Positions 1-13,700 of a DNA stretch of 64,000 bases are shown here, piece after piece. The translations under genes and the position numbers were made by a program. Each line of letters begins with the position of its first letter. The stretch's first letter is position 1. Origin of the DNA: Phoronis australis (lineage: Eukaryota; Animalia; Phoronida); assembly GCA_002633005.1 (NCBI GenBank), contig NMRA01000091.1:479267-543266 (forward strand), read 5' to 3'. The notes below the pieces were generated by a model. It saw nothing but the letters and a program-made list of their open reading frames with translations, did not search any database and was not told the DNA's origin.

Positions 1-304
1 ATGGTTTGTTTTACGTCACACTTGACTGAATTACATATTAAAACATGAATGGAGTCGCACTTTCAGCATTCAAGGTACATCGCACAAGAATAATTGTCAA
101 AATTGTCATGTTCCATTTTTCAAAAGCTACTTCACTACAAATAAGGTAACCTTTACTAAATATTGTTTTATGACATCAACACTGTACAAACCATGTTGGT
201 AATGGACTAAAATTCTCTTAATTTTTATTTTTGTGAAGAAATTAGACGAAAGAGAATTTCACTTATCTTCCATGGTGTGAACTAAATGAATAAACCTAAA
301 CAGT

Positions 305-790
305 CTTTTTGTGCCCACATTTTTTGATGTGGTTGCATATTGCCGTCATCTCTGGCTGGGCGTCCATCGTCCAGCATTTGGCGTCTGCTGCTGTAGCTCC
401 AATGTCCCTTTTAGCATGATAGTCAGATTTGGCAGATGTGTTTTCATGAAGCAGACGACAGACAACGACGAGTTTCGGACCAATTAAACTACCGCTGTGC
501 CCCCTAGTGGAAATTTTAGTTTTTTACGTTTACCCCTGTATCTTTGGACTTCCTATCACGGATTTTCTTAAAATTTGGCAAATAGGACTTTCTTTCCGCA
601 TTTGGATGCATTTGACATATTTTGCGCCACCTAGTAGACGTTGCTACTGTTTTCAAGTCTGTTTTTTGGTGTCCACCCCTCTAGCGACCAAACCACTCTA
701 ACGATGATTACGTAAATTGACCTATATGTTCCCACTGTGAAGAGAATGGTTTACAGTGTGATACACATTGCTTTGGGAGACATTTTGTTA
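305..790 (+). mobile_element. Non-autonomous Helentron/HINE-like repeat, degenerate copy
   Basis: Starts TTTTTGTGCCCACATTTTTTGATGTGG..GCATATTGCCGTCA, closely matching the start of the element at 15889. Contains the core motifs GTGCCCCCTAGTGG (~497) and GCGCCACCTAGTAG (~624). The family assignment is inferred from structure. Confidence 0.55.
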
Positions 791-1159
791 TAAATGTGAT
801 TAAACAAAAAATGGAGCCCTTTGCAATGAGATTCAAAAATAACCTTAATGATCACTACCTGAAACTAATTGCTCTGCTGCGGTCTTTAATTGCTGTCATG
901 GCTTAAGTGTCTGATAATTGGTTTTTGTGTTCTATGCTTGCTTTCACTTTGTTTGAGTTACGAGTTTTAGTTCAGGCCTGGGTAAACCTTTCTTCAAGAC
1001 TATGCGGTGACTCATGTTCCCGTAGAATCTTAACAAGATTACGGAACTACTTAATATTAAAAAGTCTCAAAAGAAGTTACTATTCAGTTGCTAAGCGCCC
1101 ACACGTTATATGCCATCACCCCTGTCTATCCGTTTGGCAACCAGGGCTGTTCCTCCAAA

Positions 1160-3506
1160 ATCCTCTCAGCGGAACTTTCATGCCAATGTGCAATAAAAGA
1201 ATAGGGTCACTTATCAGTTTGGACCACCCCTGTTTTGTATAAAGTGATATTTATAAACATTCTTCTATGGGTAAAGAGATACCTGAAGTTCTTGAATTCA
1301 GGATTGATGGGAAGGCTAAAGGGTGAAAAATAAATTTCTGTGATTTCTTTTTCATTATAATAATTACTTAACCGCACATAATTGTCGGGTTTTTGTGCAA
1401 AAATATGGATAGTACAATTTTTAACCCAATCTTTACTACAACTATTATAATTAATTAATTGAAAGTTGCTACAACCAATAGATCTTGGTTCTAGTTCGCC
1501 AAAATGCTTCCTCAATGCACTAACAACCATATTATATTGCAATATACAAAAATTCTTGAGATTGTATATATTTCTGATAAAATCCTAGCCAAGAATATTG
1601 TTTACATTATCTAGAATGTCTTTGCAAAATAACAGTCCCGCTTCAAACATTTCCCAACACAATACTGATTTGTTGCAAATTAAAATGTTTTGATTATTCC
1701 ACAAGACTTGTTTGTTAATAGGAATATTCTTAAAAACTTCTATATTCAAAGGCTCCAAGCTTTTAAGCACTTCAGTATAAAAGGAATTGCTAATTGGCAT
1801 TTTCAAATTTCTTAAACAGAATTTTGAAAAGAAAATAAGACCACCACCCAATTTAGTGAAAAGAGACTTGGGTTAAAATTTCCAACTACCATTTCCTCGT
1901 GAATTTAAACGTTTGACCCAATTGATTTTGAGTCGATTTTTAATTATTTCCACACTAAGGTATTTTAACCGTCCTTCATATGGAAGTACAGTGACAGATT
2001 CCTTTATTCTTGGTGGTTTTCCACACCAAATAAAATTTCTAATTATTTTATGTATTTTTATAATCCTATTTTTTGTAACTTCGATATTGGGTAAAACGTG
2101 AATCAACCTAGACAAACCGTAGGTTTTTACAACATGAATCTTCCCCGTGGTTGTCAAATGCCTAGTTTTCCAACTATTTCATAGATCTTTTTATTTCTGA
2201 ATCTTAGTACCATAATTTAGTTGTTTAACTTCTTTGTCATTTTGTCCCAAATATATTCCTAGACTTTTTATAGGTTTTCGTGGCCAAGAGATATTGTACA
2301 TTTTTTGAAAACAATGGGCACCAACTCAGGCAGAAATATACAAACCTTCGCACTTTTCAGGGTTTAAATTTAAGCCAGAAATGTTTCCAAATAGTTTTAA
2401 AAATTTAAAACATTCTTTTCTGGAATTCTCGTCTTGAATGAACAAAATGGTGTCATCCACGTACTGGGTTATTTTGATTTCATTATTATAAATTCTTAAA
2501 CCGTGAAAATAATTATTCTTTCTAATGAAATGTGACATAAGTTCTGCAAGTAACACAAAAAGGGGACTTGACAGCGGATCACCCTGTCGTAAACCTCTTT
2601 CAATGTCAAAGTACCGAGTGGTGAATCCGTTATTTAACACAAAGGATGAGATGTTATTATACAAAATTTTTACTTTACTTATTACCCCTTGTTCAAAATT
2701 GAAAGCTTTTAAAGTTTTGAACAAGTAATCCAAATTAAGGTGTCGTATGCTTTCTTGAAATCCAGGAATACAATTTTGCCATCGATTTTATTTTGTTTGT
2801 AATATGCCATCAAATCTAACTAATTGAATATTTTGGCCAATATACCTTTTAGGTAATGATGTATGATAAGATTGAATCAATTTGTCCATGTACTCATAAA
2901 TTTTATTCGTAATTATGGTTTTTGTGATCAATTTGTAGTCACAATTTCAGAGGGAGATTGGCCTCCATTTACGTATCTAACAACAGAAGTTCCTCACTGT
3001 TTTTGCTTTTTGAAATAAGAGTTATGACACTTTGTCTCTGTGACATATACAATTCACCCCTCTGGTAGCTAAAATTAAAACTCTATTAATTCATATTTAA
3101 TTACCCCCCAAGATGTTTTATAAAACTCATAAAATTCCGTCATTACCCGGTGTTTTGTTACATTTTGTTCTTGGAGAGCCACGAAGATTTCGTCTTCAGT
3201 GAAGTCTTGATCAAGTTCCAGAGACTCTCCTTCAGAAAGTTGTTTATTTTTTCGAAATGTAAATAATGTTGGGAGTGATCCACAACTATTTTCTTTTAGG
3301 GAATATAGATTTTTATAATACTAGGTTTGTAACTCTCTTACTCCAGTAGGAGTGGTAACACTTTGGTGGTGACCATCTTTTAATGAAAGGATTTGTATTT
3401 GGACACAGTTCCTCACTTCAAGTTTTCTAAAATATTGGGAATTTTCCCCTTCCTCTGTCCATTGATCTTTGCTCCTTATAATTGAGCCTTTTAAGTTTAC
3501 TAGCAT
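1160..3506 (-). mobile_element. Decayed non-LTR retrotransposon ORF2 (L1/Tx1-like LINE), frameshifted and truncated
   Basis: Collinear minus-strand ORF fragments: 3321-3506 KGSIIRSKDQWTEEGENSQYF (typical L1/Tx1 linker); 2326-2733 RGLRQGDPLSSPLF...QYVDD...SGLNLNPEKC (reverse transcriptase core); 1873-2157 GKIHVVKTYGLSRL...FIWCGK; 1585-1851 LWNNQNI; 1207-1542 FRYLFTHRRMFIN (region before the C-terminal zinc finger). Many stops and frameshifts. Ends are approximate. Confidence 0.9.
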
Positions 3507-5952
3507 TGCTCCCTCTAGTGGAAATGTTTAAAAACGATCATCCCTTGTATTTGCACTGCATGTGATTTATACTATGGGAGCATATTAACGAACCGTGTTC
3601 CTTTAGTTGAATGAAAATTTAATAGTTAATGTGTTTGCAGTGATCTGTCAAACTATGAATCTTACGCATACAAGTAAAGGGAATGCATTAGACGCTTTCG
3701 CAGTATTCTTTTTGGAGTGAAGAGTCAACGTATTAGTTTCTACTTTTAAAACAATGTTGGCGTTAAGGGCAAGTAGGCTGTTGTAAGAGGGGACCCAACT
3801 ACAGTTTGCCAAGGAAAAATAGTCATGTATGCCCTTTTGGTCATGTCCGAAGGAGGGAAGGGCTGGGTCCTCTGGGAAACCTCCCCATAATCCTTCATAT
3901 GTCTCTTTGACCCTGAGCACATTGAAAGTAATCAGGAGGTCCAGTCAACGATCAGTTTTGTTAGTGAATGAAGGAACCATCTAAAGAAATCACTATTGTT
4001 CGAGTTGGAAGGATTTAAAATCCTCAACATTATTCAAAGGTTTTCCATTCAAATAAACTTGGGTTGTTCAGCAACATTTATTTCAACATATAGACAATCA
4101 AATTTAATCACTTTCATTTTAATGTTATGCAAGAGAGAGCGAGAGAAAAATAACAAACAGTAAAGCTGCTTTGAACCTGAACAAGAAACAGCATTTCTTT
4201 TAGACCCACTTAGCGCTATAGAATTTGCCTCAACTTACTTGTCACTCCGATGGGAATTGATTTCTGAATTTTCAAAGAACTGACAGATTGTTGTTCCTCG
4301 AGACCATGCTTGGCAGAAAGCGCCACCTTGTGGCAAGCCACCTCGTAGATTTCTTTTGAAGACTTAAAATCACCTCCAATCTGACCGAGGTACAATTTGA
4401 GACAAATTTCATAATCGCAAGCCGTCTAAATTGAAAATTGTTTTTTATATGATGGAAGGCGCGTTTGTAACCACTTGAACTAAAATTCAGTTTAAAAAAC
4501 AATAAAATCAACTCATACAGATTTGTACCTGAATTTTCGCTCAAACCATCATCTCCAACATAAAAGATCAGCCGTGTGCACACTTCTAAACAGACCTGAA
4601 CAATTGACCTTGCGCAAGCTCTGCCCCCTTGCGAAATGTCAACAAACCAACAATACGTTTTACCCGGTAATGTATTGTTTGTCGAATAAAATGGTGGCTT
4701 GAAAATGAAGGTGTGTCAAGAATGCTGCATTCTAATTGGTCTGTTAAGCTGTCACTCAAAATCCTGGCGATAGGTCGTTTAGTAACAGAAGAACGTGACA
4801 GACATCTGGAACAGACTAATTTACGGGTATCAAATCCAAAATACCAAGAAATGTGGCTTACCTAGCTACGGATGTTTGTTTGCCTCAAGCAAGAATTTAA
4901 GCACAGTGGGGAGAAGCTACTTCTGCTGGTTACATATTCTCTCAGGAATCACTGGACCCTACCATATTAGGAGTGTCCAAAAGTAAGATGATCAAATAAG
5001 TGCAAGCAGTTGTTGTGGATACTATCTACGGAGGGTTACTTGGACCACATAACAAGTATCAAGGACAAGAATATGTTGCACCTGACAGTGGATGATTATT
5101 TGGACGTTTGACATGTTCTATTTACCCTTGTTTTAAGGAGTTTGTTAGGATGTGTAAGCAGCTACTCCTGTGTGCACCTGTGCGGGGGAATCACTGATTC
5201 TTCTGGGAAGAAGGTTAAGTGAGATAACCAAAGACAATTGGAAATCACAGTGGCTTTGTCCAAATGCAGTCATGAGAGGTGGAGAAAGATGGCCTACCTG
5301 GCTATGGCGTTGTATCACCTCAAATATTCCTCTGTAAACTTTGAAAGGCATTAATTAGAATCAATCTAGCAGTGGACCCTTGCTGTTGGAATTTCTGGGC
5401 TCTGCTTTGCGGTGTAGAAGGGAATTGAGATGATCAGACATGGTTTCCTTGGAATCGCTAGATTCTACTTTGCTCCATAGAATTGTACGTGAGACAACCA
5501 AGCAAGTGGAAACAGTGATAAATGTGGCCTGCCTGCCTATGCACTTCTGCATTCTCTCTCAGGAAATGTTTAGTGATTATACATAAGAGCGTTCACATTG
5601 AGTTTCAAATCATATGGGTTTTACATTGGGCTAGACCAATGCGACCTGTACATGTCTGATTTAGTTCAGGCATTGGACTGCCTGCAATCTTTGTGAGCTC
5701 CCATTGGCCGCATTGCCGTTCCGTTCCATACATACCTACACATGACGTATTGAACACGCCATTTTTGTTGTCAGGAGGTTCTGTTGGCCTGGCACCCATT
5801 CAAATGTTAAGCAGTTTGATGTCAGTCGCTTGGCAGATGTTCTCCATTCAGTTTGATGGCGTAAAAACCAAAGTAAATTTTGATGCCTGAATAAATCAAA
5901 TTTCTTTCAAGGTTTTTTCTTAACGTATTAGTAGGGAGGTAATTCCGTTACA

Positions 5953-7249
5953 TTATATTGATGATAAGGAAAATTTGCTTTTTAGATCAAAGCACTTTCT
6001 TAAGTCCTGTCTAAAGTTATTACTCATGATGAGATATACGAAAAGATTACTTATGTTGTTTACAAAATACATGAAGAAAATGCATTGGCTTTCAGGAATT
6101 ACTTCAAATATGACTAACGAAGGAGGCAGGAAACTGAGAATAAAGATCACATGGATAATAAAAAACATGAGTGCCAGTTTAGAGCTTGTTGCATCACCAC
6201 TTCTTTTTGAATTATCCACAGATAACCTGCTGCGTTTTATTTTGTAGTAGGCACTCTGCCATTTGGTTGACGTATTGGACATATCTCCTGATGTCGAATG
6301 ATCTTCAACTAGTGTATTCGCATCATCATTGATTTCGCAAAATTTGGTCTCCTTTATTTCGGATCTTTTTGTGTATTTCTGGCGAAATTTCTCTTGCCGC
6401 TTCACTGTACACAACATGACTATGTAGACAACAAGGGCAACTAGTCCAGCCAACCAGAAGGTGGCGTTGTGCACATACCTAGAAGGGAACAAAAGGCAAA
6501 TTTATGGTTCCGTGTGTTCATTCCAACTATTATAATTGGCCTGATTTAAGTTAAGTATCTCAGTTTGTTAAAGCCAAAATGTGCAACTAGTAAACAAATT
6601 TTACTTACTGGTAATATGTTATGAATATTTCGTCTGTTGTGTTGTTAATAAGCTCACACTTGTATGAGGAAGGATTATAGTGGTAGACTCTAGACACAGC
6701 AATTCCGTACATGCTAGAAATGAACATCAATATGCCAATTGCTATCTTCGCTTTTCTTTTCCCGAATCTTTGCATATGGAAGAATGGTTGACATACAAAC
6801 AAATATCTGTCAATAGATATGGCGGCCATCATGAATGTTGACGCCATCGGTCCCACCGAATTAAGGAAGTATTCAATCTTGCAGAATATGTCGTAGCCCT
6901 GTCCTATACTGTCATATAAGGTGGCCATGTGCATCTCGAAAAACAAACAGGGAATTGTCACTCCGCAGGTCAATAAGTCGATGAATGCCAATGCATTTAT
7001 AAACACTGTCACTGTCAGGTTGTCTCTTTTCTTTGTATAAACTGTCAGTATAAGTATGTTTCCAATGACACCAACCACAACAAAGATGCCCAGCATGATA
7101 TGTACACCTATTGTCTCTGAAGTCCACGTTGGGCTAGTCACATTACTTAAATTTGCACCTATTGCCTCAGAAGTCCATGTTTGGCTGGTCTCATTACTTA
7201 ATTCCGCACCTACTGTTTCTGGAATCTGTGACGGTTTTGAACAATTCAT
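5953..7249 (-). CDS. Orphan class A (rhodopsin-like) GPCR, 2 exons, 388 aa
   Basis: Exon 1 7249-6609 and exon 2 6478-5953 are joined by a 130-nt phase-2 intron (CA|GTAAGT ... TTCCCTTCTAG|G), restoring ...ITYYQYVHNATFW.... Motifs: TM1 GN, TM2 LAFIDL, TM3 CKI...ISIDRY..VCQP, ECL2 Cys, TM6 FILSFLP, TM7 NNISNLFVY, helix 8 NFRQDL. N-glycosylation sequons in the N-terminus. Confidence 0.9.
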
Positions 7250-8899
7250 CTTTAGGTTAGGCTATAATCCTTAATTGATAAAATCAACCAACATAATATA
7301 CACATCCATTGTCTCTAGAGTCTAGCCGCTGTAGTGTCATTAGCCTAATCCAAAGAGTTATTCACGTTTTTCATTCTTCATTGAGGCAATCCTTAACTGG
7401 TCAGCAAGCTATGTCTTCCAGTCATTCCTTCCCGTTCGTACTGAAAGGAAGTGCCGTGAATGTTAGTGGGCTGAGAATACGTTACTAGTTATATCGTTTG
7501 ACGCTCATTACCGGCAAGTTCCATTTTACACAATTAAGTAACATAGACTAATTAGTCCCGAGTGATGGAAATGATACTGATCCATTACTACTCTTTCAGA
7601 ATCCAGATTTGTGATTTTCGGAAAATATTTGGCATGCCAATACTTTTATGTACTCATAACAAGTGTACGTAATAACAGGGATGTCATTGAATAGATTGCG
7701 ATTCTTTGTTTCGCGAAGCCTGGCTGCTTATGAACTATGAACAAATTAGAAGTGTCCAAAATAGGTTTTAATTATATGCCTTTCGCACATATACACTCTG
7801 TTAATTAAGCTTAGTATTTTGCATAAATATCATACCTACTAATACACTGAATGGGATTTAAAAACAGATTTTAAGACAATCTATTTCAAAAAGCTTATAA
7901 GGTTTTCAGTGTTTATTAACCAATTACTAATCAATATAGTGAGTCCGTCACTGAGTCTTAAAATTTTAAAGATGCATTTGCATGCTCCTAACTACGTAAT
8001 GTATAGCAGGAACTAAACGGCAATGCTATTTGAACATCATCTACGCTAAACAAAGTGCAATTGTATTCATTGACAAATAAACTTGTAAATGTGAAAACAA
8101 AAAGTTCTGAAAACAGGTGACCTTTGCACTAAGGATGTATCTTGGGAGCTGCGTGGTGCAGTGTTATTCCTCTACACGGCATCACGATACTTACTGGACA
8201 TGGTTGAGTGAATTTACGGTGGTTCATTTTTGACACAAAACTTGTTCTTAAAAAGATTTGGCAATTTTCAAGGTACTTCATATTTACATTGCCGTTATAT
8301 GTTGTGTGTCTAATTTAACCAAGCAATCACAGAGATATGGAAATAGCGGGCAAGGTCCTCTTTAAATAATAATTGGATTTCCAAGATGAACACAATATAG
8401 TACTTTGAAAACCCTATAACTTAGTACTTGCAACTGCTAACCTGTGCTCTTTTTGGGAACTAACTATAATAGAATACTCTGTTTTTGGACATCATGCATG
8501 AATTCAAAAATTGCACCACATTGCTGTTCAAAGTGAGTTTACGAATAGTATACCTGAAGGCCACATCGTTCAGTTGACGGTTATTTACCTTATAGAGTTT
8601 TGCAAAAATAAAAATTAAAAGAATATCTCATTCATTAATAGAACCAAAATATTTTATGAAAAAACTGAGCAACTGTGGAGGTGTTTTCTGAGTTATGTAA
8701 TTTTGTTCAGTTTTGCATTATTGATTCGTGCCTCCTGATCACTGATTATGGCTCTTTAAACAGATAGTTTTCGCAGAAGTGAACTAACTCTGGTTTTAAT
8801 TAGGCAAGATTTACTTGTTTGTGCCACATGTTTACTAGCAGTTATGACTTGATTGATCCAACCTAAGTGAAGCCAAGCCAATTATAGAGCAACTTCTAG

Positions 8900-9906
8900 T
8901 TGTGAACAGCATGATACTTGAGAACGTTCTAGAAGTTTCCATTATATTTAGTGGTTGAATGATGATCGGGAACTTTCTGGGTGCACAGTGAGATTATTGA
9001 TGCGTTTCAAAAGTGAATTGTATGCCACATGAACAGGAATAGAATCACGTACTATATAAATTTGAAAGTCATTTTGTGATTATATTTAAATATATGTTTT
9101 GAAAAGTGGTCACGTATGCTGCACTTATACTCTGCCTGTCAAGGATTTTCAGTGTTGTACCCAATGGCATATAATTCAAGGCATTTATTAAACTGTTATT
9201 TTCACCAAACGTAAAATTTTCACAATTTATATTAAAATTGTGTCATCACAAAGTTAAAAAATATGTGACAAAATTATGAATTAAAATTTACTGGTATCTG
9301 GCGTGTGTTGCTACTAACTGTAGTTATTTTATGTATATTGTTTTGGTGTGTTTTAAACATCTGGTCCAAAAATAATCTCCCAGATTTATCTCCAGCACTC
9401 GGCCCATTAATAGCATTTTCAAAGTCATTTTCAAAGTTTATACTCTTAACATTTTTTGTTGGCTTCTCTACATTTTTGTTTGTTAAAAACAATCTTTACG
9501 CTGAACTTATTATTTTTTGTCTGCTGTGAGATGTTTTAGTTGACCTAGTGTGTCCTGTTGCTTGCGCAGACCTTCAGTATAAACTGTTATTTAAATCACA
9601 TCTGAGATAACTTTACTGATAACTGCTGTAACAAATCATTTTTTTTTCTGATGGAGACTTTGTTTTCAAACAAATGTTACCCACAATTTCACAGTTAAGG
9701 TCAAGCACTGTCCAGACTATGGTTCTATTTTCTGGTCACTGATGTAATGGAACATTGCTGGATCACTGGCCTGACCCTACGTGTCAGACAATCAATTGCT
9801 ATCTGCTAGGAAACAATAGAACAGCAAAATAAAACCTGTCTTTACTGATAGTATCATCATCTTCATTGATGTTATTGCTGACGTTGTTAGCTGTGATTGT
9901 TACCAT
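8900..9906 (-). pseudogene. Possible highly decayed GPCR relic
   Basis: Manual minus-strand translation gives, in GPCR order: MVTITANNVSNNINEDDDTISKDRFYFAVLLF (from 9906), IAIDCLTRRVRPV (TM3-end-like), TIVWTV (TM4-like) and MTFKFI*YVILFLFMWHTIHF (TM6-like, from 9072). Interrupted by stops and frameshifts. Weak evidence. Confidence 0.3.
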
Positions 9907-10796
9907 GAGTGTTATCCTACATTAACAATGGTGATGTGAGCTTTGTTGTCTTTTGTCCCGCTGCCTTTGTCGTTACACTCCCTTTTTCGGTTAATTTTGC
10001 CAAGTGTCTCTCCATCAAAGCGCTTTCATTGAATTTTTACTGGCTGGTTAGCATTTGAAGACCAATGAGTTTATTAACTGGGGTCTACATGACAGTACTA
10101 GAGAGTGTCCTCATGTTGAAGGGTTAGAAGTCTCAAGTGCTGTTATCTGTGCATGTTTTGCATAATTGAGCATAAAGCAATATCTTCACTTACAGAAAAC
10201 TGTCAAAAATATCTCCAATGTATGCGAATTACAATAAAATCTTACCAGTTTGGGACATAATAATGTCTTTCAAGTGAAATTTCCCTTCATCTGTTTTTCC
10301 TCGAAATTTTGCCATGTAAAATTTCTGCTTTCTCAGCAGATAGTATTTTGAAAAATGTGATTATTCACGTCAATGTTAGAAGCCCTTGAACATTGAAGAA
10401 TGGTCAGTTTTGGTATTTATTTTTGTCCAAAATTGGCAAGATTTTCCATATTTATCAAAGTGACTGTATACACCAATACAGCTCAGAGGTCGTCTTATAC
10501 TCTTCATTTTGTTTTTTATTTGCTTTGAAGTTTATTAGTTGATTATTTGATCGTTGTGTTATTGGTGTGGGGAGTTGACATGACAATGGTAAGATGGTTA
10601 CTATCAACATTGCTGGAAACTTAGGAAAGTGGTGGCTGGGGAGTTGATATGACAACGGTGTGCACAATTAGTATTAGACTAAATCATAGGATTGAAATGG
10701 TGAAAGATGGTTACTATCAACATTGCTGGAAACTTACTAGGAAAGTGGTGACATCGATGAAGCATGAATATGATCCTCTTTTCTTTATTTGTCCAG

Positions 10797-13700
10797 GTTA
10801 TCGAAAGGCTGGGGTTAAATTCTCTTGGTGCATTCAAACCCAAAGAAAGAATCATAGAGTAAGTAAATGTTTGTAAAACTGATTATTTTCAGCCACCACA
10901 CTTGTCTGAATTTAACGTCTATGTTTCGCGAAACAGTTACATAATTATAATTTATACAGTTGCGTCATACATTTTCTTTAAGAACCGTATCTTTGTCATT
11001 GATCATTTGAGATCCCCAAACATGTGTAATTTGCTTGCAGGTTACTCATGGCCATCGCGCTGTATGCATTCTGCTGATTTTTTAAATTAATACTTGCGCA
11101 GGAAGTGTCTCACATAAGTGGATGTCGTTGGTTGTTAAACTTGAGTTTGCAGTTCCAGTAAGCACACAGCTCAGTTCAAAATGTTGCTTTTGAACACCCA
11201 CTAAGGTGCCCATTCTAAGAAAACTGACTTGGCTAAGAAAAATTTTAAATTTCAGCTAACTTTATGTTAAAAAACTTAAATTTGTCTCGACTTTCTTTCA
11301 AGAAAGAGATTTTAAGCTTGGCTTAAGTTTTTTACTAACTTACTGGATTTGGAAGTTTCGAATTTTGAAGGTAGAGATAAATGTTAGGCTTAAGACAAAA
11401 ACAAACTTAAGTTTCCCAGTCTGGACTTGACACCCACGCCATGATGTTTATTTTTTCACTGTAAACCTAGTGGACTTTGACTTGGACAAATACCGTAAAT
11501 GTTCTTGACAATGTATACCCACATCAAATCTTGGTGATACAAAACAGCAAATGCGAGGATAAAATGTGAAATCTGACAATTTTCATTCACAGTGCAACGT
11601 TTTCTTAATTGCTTGCCTTGTTACTGAGATTTTTTTAACTTACAAATAATGTACTGTTGATCCCATGACAATTATAATTATAAAAACAATGCCATTGCAC
11701 ATTTTTACTGACTTTCTTTATTCAACCAGTGATCACGATAGCTCAGTTCATTAGAGCATCTGCATGATTAGCAGAGAGTCACGGGTTGGAGTCCTGCTCG
11801 GGACAGAGATATTTTCAAACTTAGCAACAGATAACGTGATGTGACCAACAGATGGCATTTAAGAATTCTTACTTATATGATAATTCTCCACCTATTTAGA
11901 GCAATATGGCCCCCAAGTGAAATTCTTTGACTCCACAAAAATAAGGATGAGGAAAATGTCATTGCACTGCAAGCATGGTTTGTGCTTTGTAAAAGTCCCG
12001 AACAACTTATGGTTAATTTTGCATTATTCGCAGTAAAGTAGCAGGTCTTTGAAAAAAGGATAAGTGGCAATTTTTGCAATTATTTTTGTATGAAACAAGT
12101 GGAGAATGACCATGTTCCATATCAATGCTCTGACTTATAAATGCACAAAATATACACTGCCTGTATCCTTCATTATGCGACCACATACCAGTTTCCGGAT
12201 GGATTCAACGTATTTTGTGTCATAGTGGACATTTTCATGTTCCAAATTAACACCTCTAGAAGTACACCATTTGCGGTGCATTCGTGGGCGCATTTCAACA
12301 TTGCTCTTGTTGAGCTAGTACACTTTGAATAGCATAATGTTGATATGTTTAGCTGTTGATGGTAGGTACATGGTGCAAGATGAAAGTGATGGTCCTCTGG
12401 TGTCCATGGATCTACGTGACTTTGTCATGACTGTCGGTGCACGCTCACCCAGCCCTGGCGGGGGCTCTGTCTCTGCCATGGTCTCAGCTATGGTGAGATA
12501 ACTAGTAATTGGCTGGCGTTGTTTTGCCCCCAGCTACATAACCTTGGAATATGAATAATGAAGATGATGTATAACAAATAGTTTTACATATTTAGAAAGA
12601 AACGTATGGGATTTGGGTGTGAAATTAACATGACATTATTATAAAGAGGTTAGAAGTGGGGTAACGGACAGGTCCGTGTTGCACATGATTGATGTCTAAA
12701 CGCTTCAGGTAATACAGACTATCATTCTGTGGCTCGCTTTATGTTTCCCAATCTGGAGCTTTATTCTTATCCTTAAATAGTTACTACATGGAAACTTAAT
12801 TTGTATTTTCATCACGTCATTTTCACTGTCTTTATTCGGCATTGACTTGTTCCCTACAGGGGGCAGCATTGGGTAGCATGGTAGGATTTCTCACTTATGG
12901 CAACAGGAAGTTTGATGAGTTGGATAGCCAGATGCGTAAGCTGATTCCACCGTTCTACCAAGCCATGAAAGATCTCATCCCTATGGTGGATGCTGATGCT
13001 ATGGCCTTCAATGACTACATGGTAAACATTGGCTCGATGTAATGGCGTATTAGTTTTAAGGATCTTGTTCTGATTCAGTCTGATATAAGTGACCTAAATT
13101 GTATCATGGCCCAGAGTATTGTGTGATTAGCTGCAGCAAGGCTGTCCTAAATTGATATCAAAATGTGCCTTGGTTTAACTAATGATATTCTGCAGACGTA
13201 TGCTAAAGTTACGTGACTGTCATTAGTGGGGCCGATAATGAGCGTATATTTAGCAAATTGTTCTAGGGCTAATTGGTTTCAAGAACCCTGGAGCAGTCTC
13301 ATCTCAGTTTTTCAAGCCCAACGAATATGACTTAGGAAGGTTCTGACAGCCATACATCTTATCAAGATAGTGTGCATGTGCCGTCAATTTTTTCGTTATT
13401 GACATTGGTCCTGATCTTAACGAGGACAAAATATTGAGCAACTAAATGACAGATCAGCTGCTGGCTTTAATTGATGGACATATTCAAATTAGCAACGAGC
13501 AGGGCTTGAAATAGTAATCGCTAAAGGTGTATCAGTTGTAATAGTTTATTGTTTTCTGATGCAGATGGCGCTGAAGCTACCCAAAAACACGGAAGAGGAG
13601 GAAACTGTGTAAGTGGATACCGGACTTTTGTACTTGGTATTTGTCTAGGCCAGGGAACGTCAATTGTTAAAAGGACGTTCTCGGCAACAAAAGCAGTATT

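Noticed and set aside
4690-5140. Possible solo LTR
   Set aside because: No second copy, primer-binding site, clear TG..CA ends or target-site duplication could be established by eye.
6479-6608. Apparent premature stop splitting the GPCR into two ORFs (pseudogene?)
   Set aside because: The stop lies in a canonical GTAAGT donor, and splicing to the AG at 6480-6479 restores the frame.
11731-11810. Functional tRNA gene
   Set aside because: The D-loop GG and T-loop TTC are mutated and the stems are imperfect, so I treated it as a tRNA-derived relic.
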